Position numbers and translations under genes: made by a program. Below, piece after piece: positions 39,345-49,168 of a DNA stretch of 64,000 nucleotides (position 1 is the first letter of the stretch; each line of letters starts with the position of its first letter). The stretch spans positions 73,680-137,679 of the forward strand of contig CAWHEU010000004.1 in assembly GCA_963828465.1 (NCBI GenBank), read 5' to 3'. The notes below the pieces were generated by a model. The model searched no databases. It saw nothing but the letters and a program-made list of their open reading frames with translations, and had not been told where the DNA came from. Source of the DNA: an uncultured Acidobacteriota bacterium (GTDB taxonomy: Bacteria; Actinomycetota; Acidimicrobiia; Spongiisociales; ZC4RG35).

Positions 39345-40351
39345 AATCGGGCGCTCTGTGATCTGATCCGGGCCTTGTTCGCCAGAGAGTTGAGGATCAT
39401 GGCCAGGATGATCGCGCCACCCAGGACCATGGTGAAGGTAAAGGCACTGACCCCCTGCAGATTGAACCCGTCCTGCAGGATGGCCAGCACCAGGGCGCCG
39501 AAGAAGGCGCCGATGATGGTCCCCGACCCTCCGGAGAGAAGGGTCCCACCGATCACCGCGGCGGCCACCGATAGGAACACCTTGGTCCCCGCGACACCTG
39601 CGCCGGGGTCGAACGAACCCACGCGGATCCCCTCGATCACCCCGGCAAAGCCGGCGAGCATCGCGGCGAGGATGAAGTTGCGCATCTTGATGCTTCGGCT
39701 GGGGACACCGGCCTCGGCAGCTCCCAGCGGGTTTCCTCCGACTGCGACCGTATAGACCCCCCATCGAGAGTGGTTGAGGATCAGATGCATGGCGATCACG
39801 ATGATGATCACCCACATCAACCCGGAGAAGTTGGCGTCTCCAAAGATCGCGGCGGCGACCCCGGTGGAGGGGACGCGCTTGGGAAACCCATCGGAGATGT
39901 TGAGGGTGAACCCGTTGATCACGAACCCCATGCCCAGGGTGACGATGAAAGACGGGATCCCGAACCCGAGGCTGATCGCCCCGTTGAGATAGCCAACCAC
40001 TCCGGCTCCGAGGACGCCAACGAGGATGGCCAGCGGAAGCACGAGCCCTGCCTCGCTGGCGAAGAAGACCAGGAAAGGGGTCATGAAATAGACGTTCCCC
40101 ATGGACAGGTCGATCTCCCCGCTGATCAGGAGCATGACCTGGCCGGCGGCCAGGATCGCGGTGGCGATCATGTACTGGGAGATGACCCGGATGTTGGCCG
40201 TGGTCAGAAACGCCGGGTTGACCAATGCGAAGTAGGCCCCGAGCGCCAAAGCCACCAAGGCGATGGTCGACTCTGGCCGTCGCACCAGAAAGTCACCGAC
40301 CCGGCCCCAGATGTTCTGGGGCCGGGGCGGTGCGACAGCAGTGTCAGTCAT
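39341..40351 (-). CDS. Sugar ABC transporter permease (XylH/RbsC-like)
   Basis: 336-aa polytopic membrane protein of the monosaccharide ABC permease family. Its stop overlaps the ATPase start. Confidence 0.8.
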   Translation of the reverse strand: MTDTAVAPPRPQNIWGRVGDFLVRRPESTIALVALALGAYFALVNPAFLTTANIRVISQYMIATAILAAGQVMLLISGEIDLSMGNVYFMTPFLVFFASEAGLVLPLAILVGVLGAGVVGYLNGAISLGFGIPSFIVTLGMGFVINGFTLNISDGFPKRVPSTGVAAAIFGDANFSGLMWVIIIVIAMHLILNHSRWGVYTVAVGGNPLGAAEAGVPSRSIKMRNFILAAMLAGFAGVIEGIRVGSFDPGAGVAGTKVFLSVAAAVIGGTLLSGGSGTIIGAFFGALVLAILQDGFNLQGVSAFTFTMVLGGAIILAMILNSLANKARIRSQSARL

Positions 40352-40360
40352 CTATACGTG

Positions 40361-41482
40361 TCAGCCTACGGGCTCGACTATCGCCTGTTCCTCTGCATCG
40401 CCTTCGAACCGGCTCGCCGTCTCCAGGAACAACTGGGCAGACGACGAGTCGAGGAACACCAGACCGGTGTTGGTCTCCGGTGGGGTGACCACGCCGCCGG
40501 ACAGCTTGTACATGTAGAGGTAGAGCGTGGGTAGGAACCCCTGCAGATAGGGCTGCTGGTCGATGGTGAAGTCGAGCACTCCCTCGGAGACCAATTCCAC
40601 CGTCTCCGGCAACAGGTCGTACCCGCCGGCGCCGACCAGGCCGTTGTCCCGGGCGCTCTGGTCCCGGACCACCTGGCCAACTGCCTGAGTGCTGCCCGCG
40701 TCTACGGCGAACATGCCGGTGGCGTCCTGATTACCCAGGTACCAAGCCTCCACCGTGCTCAACTCCTCTTCCAGGGAGGCGCCTGTGGCGATGTCGATCG
40801 CCTCGATAGGGGCTCCCGACTCGGCGATGGCGTCCAGGGCACCGTCGATGCGGGGCTGGATGTTGAGCTGCCCCGGGGTGGCGATGAACAGCGCTACCTG
40901 TCCCTCGCCGACCAGCTCGACGATCCGGTTTCCCATCTCGAAGCCGGACCCGTACAGATCCTGACCGACATAGCAGAGACGGTTGTTCGGGTTGTCGGGC
41001 GGGGTGTCGGCGTTGTAGGCAATGACCGGGATCCCCGCGGCAAGGGCATCGTCGGTCGGACCGTTGAACGCCTCGAGATCGACCAGGCACACCCCGATCC
41101 CGTCGGCTGCGCCGGCAATGGCGGCTTCCATCGCATTGACCATCGCCCCGTTGTCGGCGTCCTCCGACCCGGTCCACTGGGGAGTCGGGATGCCGAGGAT
41201 GGCCGCGGCGTCCTCGATCCCGTACACGGTCGGGACGAAGAAGGGGTTGGTGGTGACGTGGTTGACGAAGACGAACTCCCACGCGGGCGTCTCGGGGAAA
41301 TTCCCCGCTCCTGACCCGCCGGTAGCCGCCGTGCTCCCCGTCCCTCCGGTCCCACCGGCGGCCGTGGTCGCGGTGGCCCCGTCGTTGGTGCAGGCGTTGA
41401 TGAGCCCTATCGCCGCAGTCATCCCGAGCGCCTTGAGGAAGTTCCTCCGCGAGGGGCTGAGCAGTTGCGTTTCTGGTGGCAT
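40361..41482 (-). CDS. Sugar ABC transporter substrate-binding lipoprotein (XylF-like)
   Basis: Tat-like signal plus lipobox MPPETQLLSPSRRNFLKALGMTAAIGLINAC, Thr/Gly/Ala linker, type-I periplasmic-binding fold. Confidence 0.75.
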   Translation of the reverse strand: MPPETQLLSPSRRNFLKALGMTAAIGLINACTNDGATATTAAGGTGGTGSTAATGGSGAGNFPETPAWEFVFVNHVTTNPFFVPTVYGIEDAAAILGIPTPQWTGSEDADNGAMVNAMEAAIAGAADGIGVCLVDLEAFNGPTDDALAAGIPVIAYNADTPPDNPNNRLCYVGQDLYGSGFEMGNRIVELVGEGQVALFIATPGQLNIQPRIDGALDAIAESGAPIEAIDIATGASLEEELSTVEAWYLGNQDATGMFAVDAGSTQAVGQVVRDQSARDNGLVGAGGYDLLPETVELVSEGVLDFTIDQQPYLQGFLPTLYLYMYKLSGGVVTPPETNTGLVFLDSSSAQLFLETASRFEGDAEEQAIVEPVG

Positions 41483-41649
41483 GACGTTTCCTCCTCGTCG
41501 AGCAGTCATGTTGCCCCGGAATGCTGGAAGATAGCGATGAGATGGTAGGCCTGCAAGCGTATGCGGGGATACGTTCACAAGCATCACGTCTTCGTGCTTC
41601 GGACGACGACGGTGTGAAGACGGGAGGGCTCGGCTCAGCCCGATCGGAA

Positions 41650-42444
41650 TCAGCCGTGTAGCTGTTCCAGCTCCTTGGTGGTGACCTCTTCCGGCATCTT
41701 GCCGATGATGATCATGGCTAGGACCTCGTCCATGGTGACGTCATCCTTGTTGACCGTCCCCACGAGCTTGCCCTGGAGCATGACGGAGATCCGATCGGCG
41801 AGATCGAACACGTCGTGGATGTCGTGGCTGATCATGATGATGCCGATGCCCTCCGACTTGAGCTGACGCATCAGCTCACGGACTTGCTCGGTCTCCGCCG
41901 GACCGAGGGCGGCGGTCGGCTCGTCCATGATCAGGATCCGGGCGTTGAAATGGACTGCCCGGGCGATGGCGACTGACTGTCTCTGGCCACCGGACAGAGA
42001 GGCCACCGGTTCCTTGAACTTCTGGAACCTCGGGTTGAGCCTCCCCATGATCTTCCTGGTGGCGTCCTCCATCGCCGAGTCGTCGAGAGTGCCCCAACGC
42101 GTCCTCAGCTCCCGCCCCAGGAACATGTTGCTCGGAGCGTCCTGGTTGTCGGCCAGCGCCAGAGTCTGATAGATGGTCTCGATCCCGTATGCCTTCGCAT
42201 CGCGGGGGGTGGTGATGCTCACCTCTTCGCCATCGACAAAGATCTCGCCCGAGTCCGGCCTCTGTGCTCCAGCAAGAGTCTTGATCAGGGTCGACTTGCC
42301 GGCGCCATTGCCACCGACCAGACCGAGGATCTCGCCGGGGCGGAGGTCGATGGTGACGTCCTTGACCGCGTGAACGCCGCCGAAGGAGACGCTCATATCC
42401 CTCATCTCGACGAGGGCAGCACCGTTGGCCGTGCTCCCATTCAC
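41650..42444 (-). CDS. Sugar ABC transporter ATP-binding protein, single nucleotide-binding domain
   Basis: [35 protein letters not shown]. The GTG start overlaps the permease stop (GTGA). Confidence 0.8.
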   Translation of the reverse strand: MNGSTANGAALVEMRDMSVSFGGVHAVKDVTIDLRPGEILGLVGGNGAGKSTLIKTLAGAQRPDSGEIFVDGEEVSITTPRDAKAYGIETIYQTLALADNQDAPSNMFLGRELRTRWGTLDDSAMEDATRKIMGRLNPRFQKFKEPVASLSGGQRQSVAIARAVHFNARILIMDEPTAALGPAETEQVRELMRQLKSEGIGIIMISHDIHDVFDLADRISVMLQGKLVGTVNKDDVTMDEVLAMIIIGKMPEEVTTKELEQLHG

Positions 42445-43760
42445 CGCGCTGCCCTCCTCCGGTAGATGGCGTCGATGGCAACTGCGGTCACCAGGACTAC
42501 GCCAAGTGCCACGTCCTGCACCGGAGCGCCGACCCCGATGAGGACCATGCCGGACTGGAGCGATTGCATGACGAGTGCTCCGAGAATGGCACCGGGAATG
42601 GTCCCGATCCCTCCTGCGAGTGATGTGCCCCCGATGACCGCGGCAGCAATCACATAGAGCTCGTTCAAGGTGCCGAGACCGCTCACCGCCGCGTTGAGAC
42701 GGGCGATGGAGACGGCGGCGGAGATGGCCACGAGGATGCCCATCACCATGAAGGTCTTGACGATGGTGCGCTTGGTCTTGATCCCGGCCAAGTTGGCGGC
42801 CTCTGGATTCCCTCCAATGGAGAAGACATATCGCCCGAAGCGAAGACGGTTCGTGACAAACGTCATGGCGAGGGCGACTCCGCCCAGGATGAGCACTGGA
42901 TAAGGGATTCCGAGCGGGATCTGAAGGCCGCCTTCGGGAATCGGGATGTCGTTCTCCTCGGCATACTGGATGGCCAGGTTCTCCGGCAGGTAGTAGCTGT
43001 TCATCACCCACACCGCGCCGAGCACCACGGCGCAGCCCAGGACGCCGAGAACGACGTCGAGCCAAGTGGGGCGGAGAAGAAAGCCGAACTTGCGACGACG
43101 ACGACGACCCATGACGAGGAAGGCAATGATCCCGACACAGGCGACTCCCCCGACGATCCAGCTCCCAGTCTCTCCGAGCGACCCGTTGGATCCACCTCCG
43201 AGGAGCTGGAAAGTGGCGTCCATCGGGGCGATGGTCCGGCCACTGGCGGTCAGCCAGGCAAACCCCCGCCACACGAGCAGCCCACCCAGCGTGACGATGA
43301 AAGAGGGAACGCCGACATAGGCGATTATGGATCCCTGGAATGCACCGATCGCAGCCCCCAACACGATGCCGACGGCCAGAGTGATCACCCAGATCCAAGA
43401 GTTTCCCAGGCCCATCACCGGTGGGAGCCACTCGACCTGGAGGACGGCCATGACCATTCCTACCGTGCCGACCATGGAGCCCACCGAGAGGTCGATGTTG
43501 CGGGAGACGATGACCAGCACCATCCCGGTGGCCATGATCGCTATCGACGAGGTCTGGACCGAGAGGTTCCACAAGTTGCGCGGAGTGATGAAGGTGCCTC
43601 CCGAGATGAAGTGAAAGACGACCCAGATGGCCAGGAGCACGGCGATCATCCCCACCATGCGGGTATCGATCTCGTTGTCCCTCAGGAAGGCGCCGAGAAA
43701 CCGACGCGGGCTCTCTTCGAGGGGCTCGGTCTGGGTGGGCGGGGCCTCTACCACGCTCAT
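42441..43760 (-). CDS. Sugar ABC transporter permease
   Basis: 439-aa polytopic membrane protein of the monosaccharide ABC permease family. Confidence 0.75.
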   Translation of the reverse strand: MSVVEAPPTQTEPLEESPRRFLGAFLRDNEIDTRMVGMIAVLLAIWVVFHFISGGTFITPRNLWNLSVQTSSIAIMATGMVLVIVSRNIDLSVGSMVGTVGMVMAVLQVEWLPPVMGLGNSWIWVITLAVGIVLGAAIGAFQGSIIAYVGVPSFIVTLGGLLVWRGFAWLTASGRTIAPMDATFQLLGGGSNGSLGETGSWIVGGVACVGIIAFLVMGRRRRRKFGFLLRPTWLDVVLGVLGCAVVLGAVWVMNSYYLPENLAIQYAEENDIPIPEGGLQIPLGIPYPVLILGGVALAMTFVTNRLRFGRYVFSIGGNPEAANLAGIKTKRTIVKTFMVMGILVAISAAVSIARLNAAVSGLGTLNELYVIAAAVIGGTSLAGGIGTIPGAILGALVMQSLQSGMVLIGVGAPVQDVALGVVLVTAVAIDAIYRRRAAR

Positions 43761-43842
43761 AGCATCACCACACTAGAGATCGCACTGCGCCCCCGGAGAC
43801 CGGGGGCGCAAATGCATTCATCGATTTCGCTTCAGTGATTGG

Positions 43843-45013
43843 TCACGAGGCGCAGGGGCCGACCGTTCCGCCGGTCGAGCAGAGATCCTCGGCCGTGATC
43901 CATTCCGCGTCGACCACTTCCTGGAGGTTCTCCTGAGTGATCGGGATCGGGGTCAGCAGGATGCTGGTCAGAACCGTTTCTGCCTGCGTCTCCTTGTTCG
44001 TGTAGACGAACTCGCTCGTTCCCTCGACGTCGGCCAGCGAGGCGCCTCCGGCGAGCTGCACAGCGGCCTCACCGGCAGCGGTCCCCAGGGCACGTGCGTC
44101 CTTCCAGACAGACACCGCCTGCGTCCCGGCCGCTACCCGCTGGAGAGCGGCGACGTCGGCGTCCTGGCCGGACAACACCACAGTGCCCAGAAGACCCTGG
44201 CCGTCGAGAGCCGCGGCCGCACCGGTGGCCATACCATCGTTCTCGGACACGATGGCTTGCACGTCATTGTCATGCCGCGCTCAACCACTGCTCGGTCGTG
44301 GTCTGGGCCAGCGCCGGGTCCCAGTTGTCGGTGTAGTCCTCCTCGAGAATGGTGATGTCACCGGCTTCGGCTGCGGCATCGATCACCGAACCGATCCCCT
44401 CACGAAGGAAGTCGGAGTTGGCGTCGGCTCCGTTGCCCTTGATTATGAAGTAGTTGCCTGTCGGAACCAGATCGAAGACGACCTCGGCCATCAGCTGCCC
44501 AACGAGGACGTTGTCGAAGCTGACATAGAAGGTGTTCGCATCCTCGATGAGGCGGTCATAGGCGATCACTGGGATCCCCTGGTCGGTCGCGCTTTGAACC
44601 GCGGGCAGGATCGCTTGCGTGTTCTGAGCCAGGATCATGACGACGGTCGCGCCGTCAGCGATCAGGTTCTCCACGTCTGTGATCTGCTGTTCCTCCGATG
44701 ACCCCGCATCCGACTGGATGTACGAGCAACCGCCGGCCTCGAGTGCCGCAACGATTGCGGGCTCATCGTGCTTGGCCCATCTCTCTTCGTTGTAGTTGTT
44801 CCACGACATGCCGACGACACAATCGCCGCCCGCCGCAGCAGCCGTCGTGCTCGCTCCCCCGGCTGCCGTGGTCGTCGCCGCAGCTACCGTCGTGGTCGCT
44901 CCGGCTTCCGTCGTATCGGCACCAGCTTCGGTGGTGTCGCCTCCTTCTTCACCACCACAAGCGGCGATGACAAGGGCGATGACGGCTACCAACGCCATTA
45001 GGCGTCTTTTCAT
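43843..45013 (-). CDS. Sugar ABC transporter substrate-binding lipoprotein, with an apparent single-nucleotide frameshift near 44266
   Basis: Lipoprotein signal MKRRLMALVAVIALVIAACGG. The N-terminal ORF ends ...EQWLSAA*, and the adjacent +1 frame continues HDNDVQAIVSENDGMATGAAAAL, which is the conserved XylF/ChvE-like segment. Confidence 0.7.
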
Positions 45014-45150
45014 TTGTTTTCCTTCCTCCTCCGGTTGCCACCCCTCGAAGGGGGCTGGCAAATTCCGTACGAGTCGAACGCGATTGGGCCATGACGACCC
45101 CACGCCGACCAATGCGAGCATAACCGTCATATGTTTGACCCCGCAACAAA

Positions 45151-46437
45151 TTGCGGCATAAGGTTCTCGCTCTCAATCGACCTCCCGGGAGACACTTGAA
45201 CCGCACCCAGATAACGGCCGGGAGGGATGACCATCACCGGCCCAAGGGCGTGGCTGCCGACGAGCTGCGCCGCCACAATCTGGGGGCGGTGGTGGAGAGC
45301 CTCCACCTCCACGGACCCGTCTCTCGCTCGGAGCTGACCGCCACCACCGGGCTCAACCGATCCACCATCGCCGATCTCATCGGTGAACTGACCAACCTCG
45401 GCCTCGTCGAGGAGGGCCCGGCGGTCGCACCCTCAGGGCCGGGGCGGCCCTCCCCGATGGTGAGGACCCGGCCCCAGGGCGCCGTCGTTCTATCGATCGA
45501 GTTGTCGGTCGACTCTGTTGCAGTAGCCACGGTTGGCCTTGGTGGTCATGTCTACGAACAGGTGCGGGTGCCGAGGCCCCGTGGCGAGTCGGCGGCCGAC
45601 ACGGTCGAGGTCGTCGCCGGCCTGTCCGGCGAGCTGCTGGAGGGCCTGCCCGCCGACGCGATCCGGACCGGGGTCGGCGTGGGCGTCGCCGGGGTCACCC
45701 GGAGATCAGACGGCTTCGTCCAGCTCGCCCCCAACCTCGGCTGGAGGAACGTCGCACTCGGTGAGATGCTCGCTTCCGCCCTCGGGCTGAGCAATCCGGT
45801 CCTCGTCGCCAACGAAGCCGACCTCGGCGCCCTCGCCGAATACCGGCGAGGAGTCGGTGTCGGGGTGCCCCATCTCATCTACATATCGGGCGAGGCCGGA
45901 ATCGGCGCCGGGATCATCCACGACGGGAAGCCAATGTTGGGGGCTGCCGGCTACGCGGGCGAGGCCGGGCACACCCTGATCAACCCCGACGGACATCTCT
46001 GTCGCTGCGGGGCGACCGGCTGCTGGGAGACCGAGGCCGGGGAGGGAGCTCTGGCTCGTCTTGCCGGGATCCCGTCGAGCGTCACCGGGCTGGGGCTGGT
46101 CGACACCATCCTCGCCAGGGCGAATGACGGCGACCAGAAGACTCTCGACGCCCTTGCCGAGATCGGTCGATGGCTCGGGTTGGGCATCGGCAACCTGATC
46201 AACGTGTTCAACCCGCAACTCGTCGTGCTCGGGGGGTTTTATCACCCCCTCTTTCCGTTTCTCGAGAAAGCCGTCTTCGAAGGAGCTCGTCTCGGCGCGC
46301 TCGATGCTCCGGGTGACATCGCCGATATCGCAGCCGGCGGTTTGGGACCCGATGCCCCGCTGATCGGCGCGGCGGAGCTGGCCATCTCGGAGGTCATCGC
46401 CGACCCGGCCGGACACACTCGCGCCCGGTCCGGGTGA
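45151..46437 (+). CDS. ROK-family transcriptional regulator (XylR/NagC-like)
   Basis: N-terminal winged HTH (SRSELTATTGLNRSTIADLIGEL), then a ROK sugar-kinase-like domain with the zinc motif GHLCRCGATGCWE. The true start is probably downstream of 45156 because the palindrome at 45141-45156 overlaps the annotated start. Confidence 0.8.
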   Translation: MRHKVLALNRPPGRHLNRTQITAGRDDHHRPKGVAADELRRHNLGAVVESLHLHGPVSRSELTATTGLNRSTIADLIGELTNLGLVEEGPAVAPSGPGRPSPMVRTRPQGAVVLSIELSVDSVAVATVGLGGHVYEQVRVPRPRGESAADTVEVVAGLSGELLEGLPADAIRTGVGVGVAGVTRRSDGFVQLAPNLGWRNVALGEMLASALGLSNPVLVANEADLGALAEYRRGVGVGVPHLIYISGEAGIGAGIIHDGKPMLGAAGYAGEAGHTLINPDGHLCRCGATGCWETEAGEGALARLAGIPSSVTGLGLVDTILARANDGDQKTLDALAEIGRWLGLGIGNLINVFNPQLVVLGGFYHPLFPFLEKAVFEGARLGALDAPGDIADIAAGGLGPDAPLIGAAELAISEVIADPAGHTRARSG

Positions 46438-46444
46438 ACGCCGC

Positions 46445-47482
46445 TCAGGCGCGGGCGGCGGCGTCCGCGAAGATTCGCTCCATGACCTCGATATTGGCGA
46501 CGGCGTCCTGGGGTGGCGTCGGCACCGCCGTGTCATCCCGGATGGCGCGGGAGAAGGCGTCGGCCTGTACCCGGTATTGGTCGGCCTCGGGAACCTGATG
46601 AACCACCACATCGGGCGCCACCGGGGGCTCGCCCCCGGACACGGCGAGCACGCGGGTCGGGCGATCGGGAGGGATGTTGAAGGGGATCTCGACGACAAGG
46701 CGCCCCCCGGTCCCGTAGATGTGAACGTGCTGATCGTTCTCCAGCTGCGTCGAGCAGATGAAACCGGCATGTCTCCCGTCGAAGTCGAGCACCACCGACG
46801 TGAGCACATCAGTGCCGAAATCGGGGTCACGCCGGATCGAGGCCAGGACATCGGTGGGCTCGGCGTCGAAGAGCATCCGGGCGACGTTGACCGGATAGCA
46901 GCCGATGTCGAAGAGGGAACCGCCCCCCGCCTCGACCTGATTGCGGATGTCGCCCGGGTCATCGTTGTAATAGGAGAAGGCCGCCTGGACCGCCCTCAAC
47001 TCCCCGATGGCGCCGTCGGCGATGAGACGCCGCACCTCGACCCAAAGCGGGTGAAGCCGGTACATGAATGCCTCCATGAGCTTCACCCCGGACCGCTCGG
47101 CCACGTCGATCATCTTGCTGGCCAATTCGCTGCTGGTGGCGAGTGGTTTCTCACAAAGGACGTGTTTGCCCGCCTCGGCGGCCGCGATCGTCCACTCCGG
47201 GTGGAGATGATTGGGCAGGGGGATGTAGACCGCCTCGATGTCCCGGTCACCGAGCAATTCCTCGTAGCTGCCGTACGACTTGGGGATGCCGAGGGACTCG
47301 GCCGTGACCCGGGAACGCTCTGCCGACCGGGAGGCGATGGCTGCGACCTCACTGAGATCCGATCCATTCATGGCGGGAATGACCTTCCTCACCGCGATGT
47401 CCGCACACCCGAGGACGCCCCATCGGACTGGATCCGTCACCTCATAGCCTCCTCCACTCGACACAATCGACCCATGCGGCAT
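46445..47482 (-). CDS. Gfo/Idh/MocA-family NAD(P)-dependent oxidoreductase
   Basis: VRWGVLGCADIAVRKVIPAM...EKPLATS. The exact start is uncertain; candidates are 47440, 47482 and 47509. Confidence 0.8.
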   Translation of the reverse strand: MPHGSIVSSGGGYEVTDPVRWGVLGCADIAVRKVIPAMNGSDLSEVAAIASRSAERSRVTAESLGIPKSYGSYEELLGDRDIEAVYIPLPNHLHPEWTIAAAEAGKHVLCEKPLATSSELASKMIDVAERSGVKLMEAFMYRLHPLWVEVRRLIADGAIGELRAVQAAFSYYNDDPGDIRNQVEAGGGSLFDIGCYPVNVARMLFDAEPTDVLASIRRDPDFGTDVLTSVVLDFDGRHAGFICSTQLENDQHVHIYGTGGRLVVEIPFNIPPDRPTRVLAVSGGEPPVAPDVVVHQVPEADQYRVQADAFSRAIRDDTAVPTPPQDAVANIEVMERIFADAAARA

Positions 47483-47511
47483 TTTGTCGAAACGGCCCAA
47501 ACGGGGCAAAC

Positions 47512-49164
47512 GTGACCGGAAAGGCCTGGGTGTGGCTCATCGCCGGGGTCGCGGCCGGAGCTTTGATGGCCGGCGCACTCGCATCTGGCGCCATCGCCGC
47601 CTTCTGGCCCGACCTGCCCGAGGCCGCGTCACCGCCACCCCACTACGTCGACGAGTCGGAGAGCGCAGGCATCGACCACGTCTATGAGGGCGAGTTCGAG
47701 TACTTCGTTGGAGGCGGCGTCGCCGTGCTCGACTGTGACGAGGACGGGCGCAGCGACCTCTACCTGGCAGGCGGCACCAATCCCAGCGCCCTCTATCGCA
47801 ACGACAGCCCGATTGGCGGCGCCCTTCGATTCGGACAGATTCTGGACACGACGTCGAGCAATCTCACCGGAGTGACCGGCGCCTACCCGCTCGACATCGA
47901 CAGCGACTCCCACACCGACCTGGCCGTGCTCCGGTTCGGCGAGGACGTCCTGCTCCGCGGCCGAGGGGATTGCGCCTTCGAACGGGCCAACGAGACATGG
48001 GGTCTCGATGCCGCCAACGACTGGACTGTCGGGTTCAGTGCCACCTGGGAGGGAGGCGCCGATCTGCCGACTCTGGCCTTCGGCAACTACCTGGCAGAGG
48101 GTGGGCAGACGACCGGGGAGTGCGAGGACCACCGTCTTTTCCGACCGGACGAGGGGGGTTACGGCCCGCCCCAAGCGCTCAGCCCGGGGTACTGCACCCT
48201 CTCGATCCTCTTCTCCGACTGGGACCGATCGGGTCGCCGTGATCTGCGCATGACCAACGACCGTCACTACTACAGGAACGGCGAGGAGCAGCTCTGGCAG
48301 ATGGCCGAGGGTGAGCCTCCCCGCCTCTACACCCGGGAGGACGGCTGGCAGCCCATGCAAATCTGGGGCATGGGCATCGCCGGCCAGGACGTCACGGGGG
48401 ACGGGTTGCCCGAGTTCTTCCTCACCAGCCAGGGTGACAACAAGCTGCAGACTCTCGCCGACGGGTCAACTCAACCGAACTACACCGACATCGCCTTCGA
48501 ACGGGGCGTGACCGCCCATCGCCCCTATGCGGGAGACCGGGCTGCGCCCTCGACTGCCTGGCACCCCGAATTCCAGGACGTGAACAACGACAGCCTGATC
48601 GACCTGTTCGTGTCCAAGGGCAACGTCGAGGCCCAGGAAGGCTACGCCTCGAGGGATCCGAGCAATCTCATGATCGGCAACCCGGATGGCACTTTCACCG
48701 AGATGGCAGATGAGGCAGGGATCGTGGACTTCGCACGCTCTCGCGGCGCCGCCCTGGCCGACTTCAATCTCGACGGCATGCTCGATCTCGTCGAGGTGAC
48801 CCGGCGAGAGAACATCAAACTCTTCCGCAACGCAGGATGGGGCGACGCCGCCTCGCCGTCCCCGATGGATAACTGGATCGGCATGCGCCTCGACCAGCCG
48901 GCGCCCAACGTCGACGCCATTGGGTCATGGATCGAGGTGAAGATCGGCAACCGCGTCGTACAGCGCGAAATCACCGTCGGCGGAGGGCACGCGGGTGGGC
49001 AGCTCGGCTGGACCCACTTCGGCGTCGGTGACGCGGATAGCGTTGAGGTGCGGGTGCAGTGGCCCGATGGCGAGAAGGGGCGGTGGATCGACGTGGGTTC
49101 GAACCAATTCATGATCATCGAACGGGATGCCGACGAAGCCTTGGTCTGGGATCCGAGTCGATGA
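47512..49164 (+). CDS. CRTAC1-family protein (FG-GAP/VCBS repeats plus a C-terminal ASPIC/UnbV domain)
   Basis: N-terminal TM/signal, repeated DxDGDG-type motifs, and C-terminal WIEVKIGNRVVQREITVGGGHAGGQLGWTHFGVGDADSVEVRVQWPDGE. Confidence 0.65.
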   Translation: MTGKAWVWLIAGVAAGALMAGALASGAIAAFWPDLPEAASPPPHYVDESESAGIDHVYEGEFEYFVGGGVAVLDCDEDGRSDLYLAGGTNPSALYRNDSPIGGALRFGQILDTTSSNLTGVTGAYPLDIDSDSHTDLAVLRFGEDVLLRGRGDCAFERANETWGLDAANDWTVGFSATWEGGADLPTLAFGNYLAEGGQTTGECEDHRLFRPDEGGYGPPQALSPGYCTLSILFSDWDRSGRRDLRMTNDRHYYRNGEEQLWQMAEGEPPRLYTREDGWQPMQIWGMGIAGQDVTGDGLPEFFLTSQGDNKLQTLADGSTQPNYTDIAFERGVTAHRPYAGDRAAPSTAWHPEFQDVNNDSLIDLFVSKGNVEAQEGYASRDPSNLMIGNPDGTFTEMADEAGIVDFARSRGAALADFNLDGMLDLVEVTRRENIKLFRNAGWGDAASPSPMDNWIGMRLDQPAPNVDAIGSWIEVKIGNRVVQREITVGGGHAGGQLGWTHFGVGDADSVEVRVQWPDGEKGRWIDVGSNQFMIIERDADEALVWDPSR

Positions 49165-49168
49165 CCTC

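Noticed and set aside
49088-49106. GGGTTCGAACC, which resembles a tRNA T-arm
   Set aside because: It lies inside the well-conserved CRTAC1 coding frame (VGSNQF). No cloverleaf context. No tRNA genes were detected in the window.
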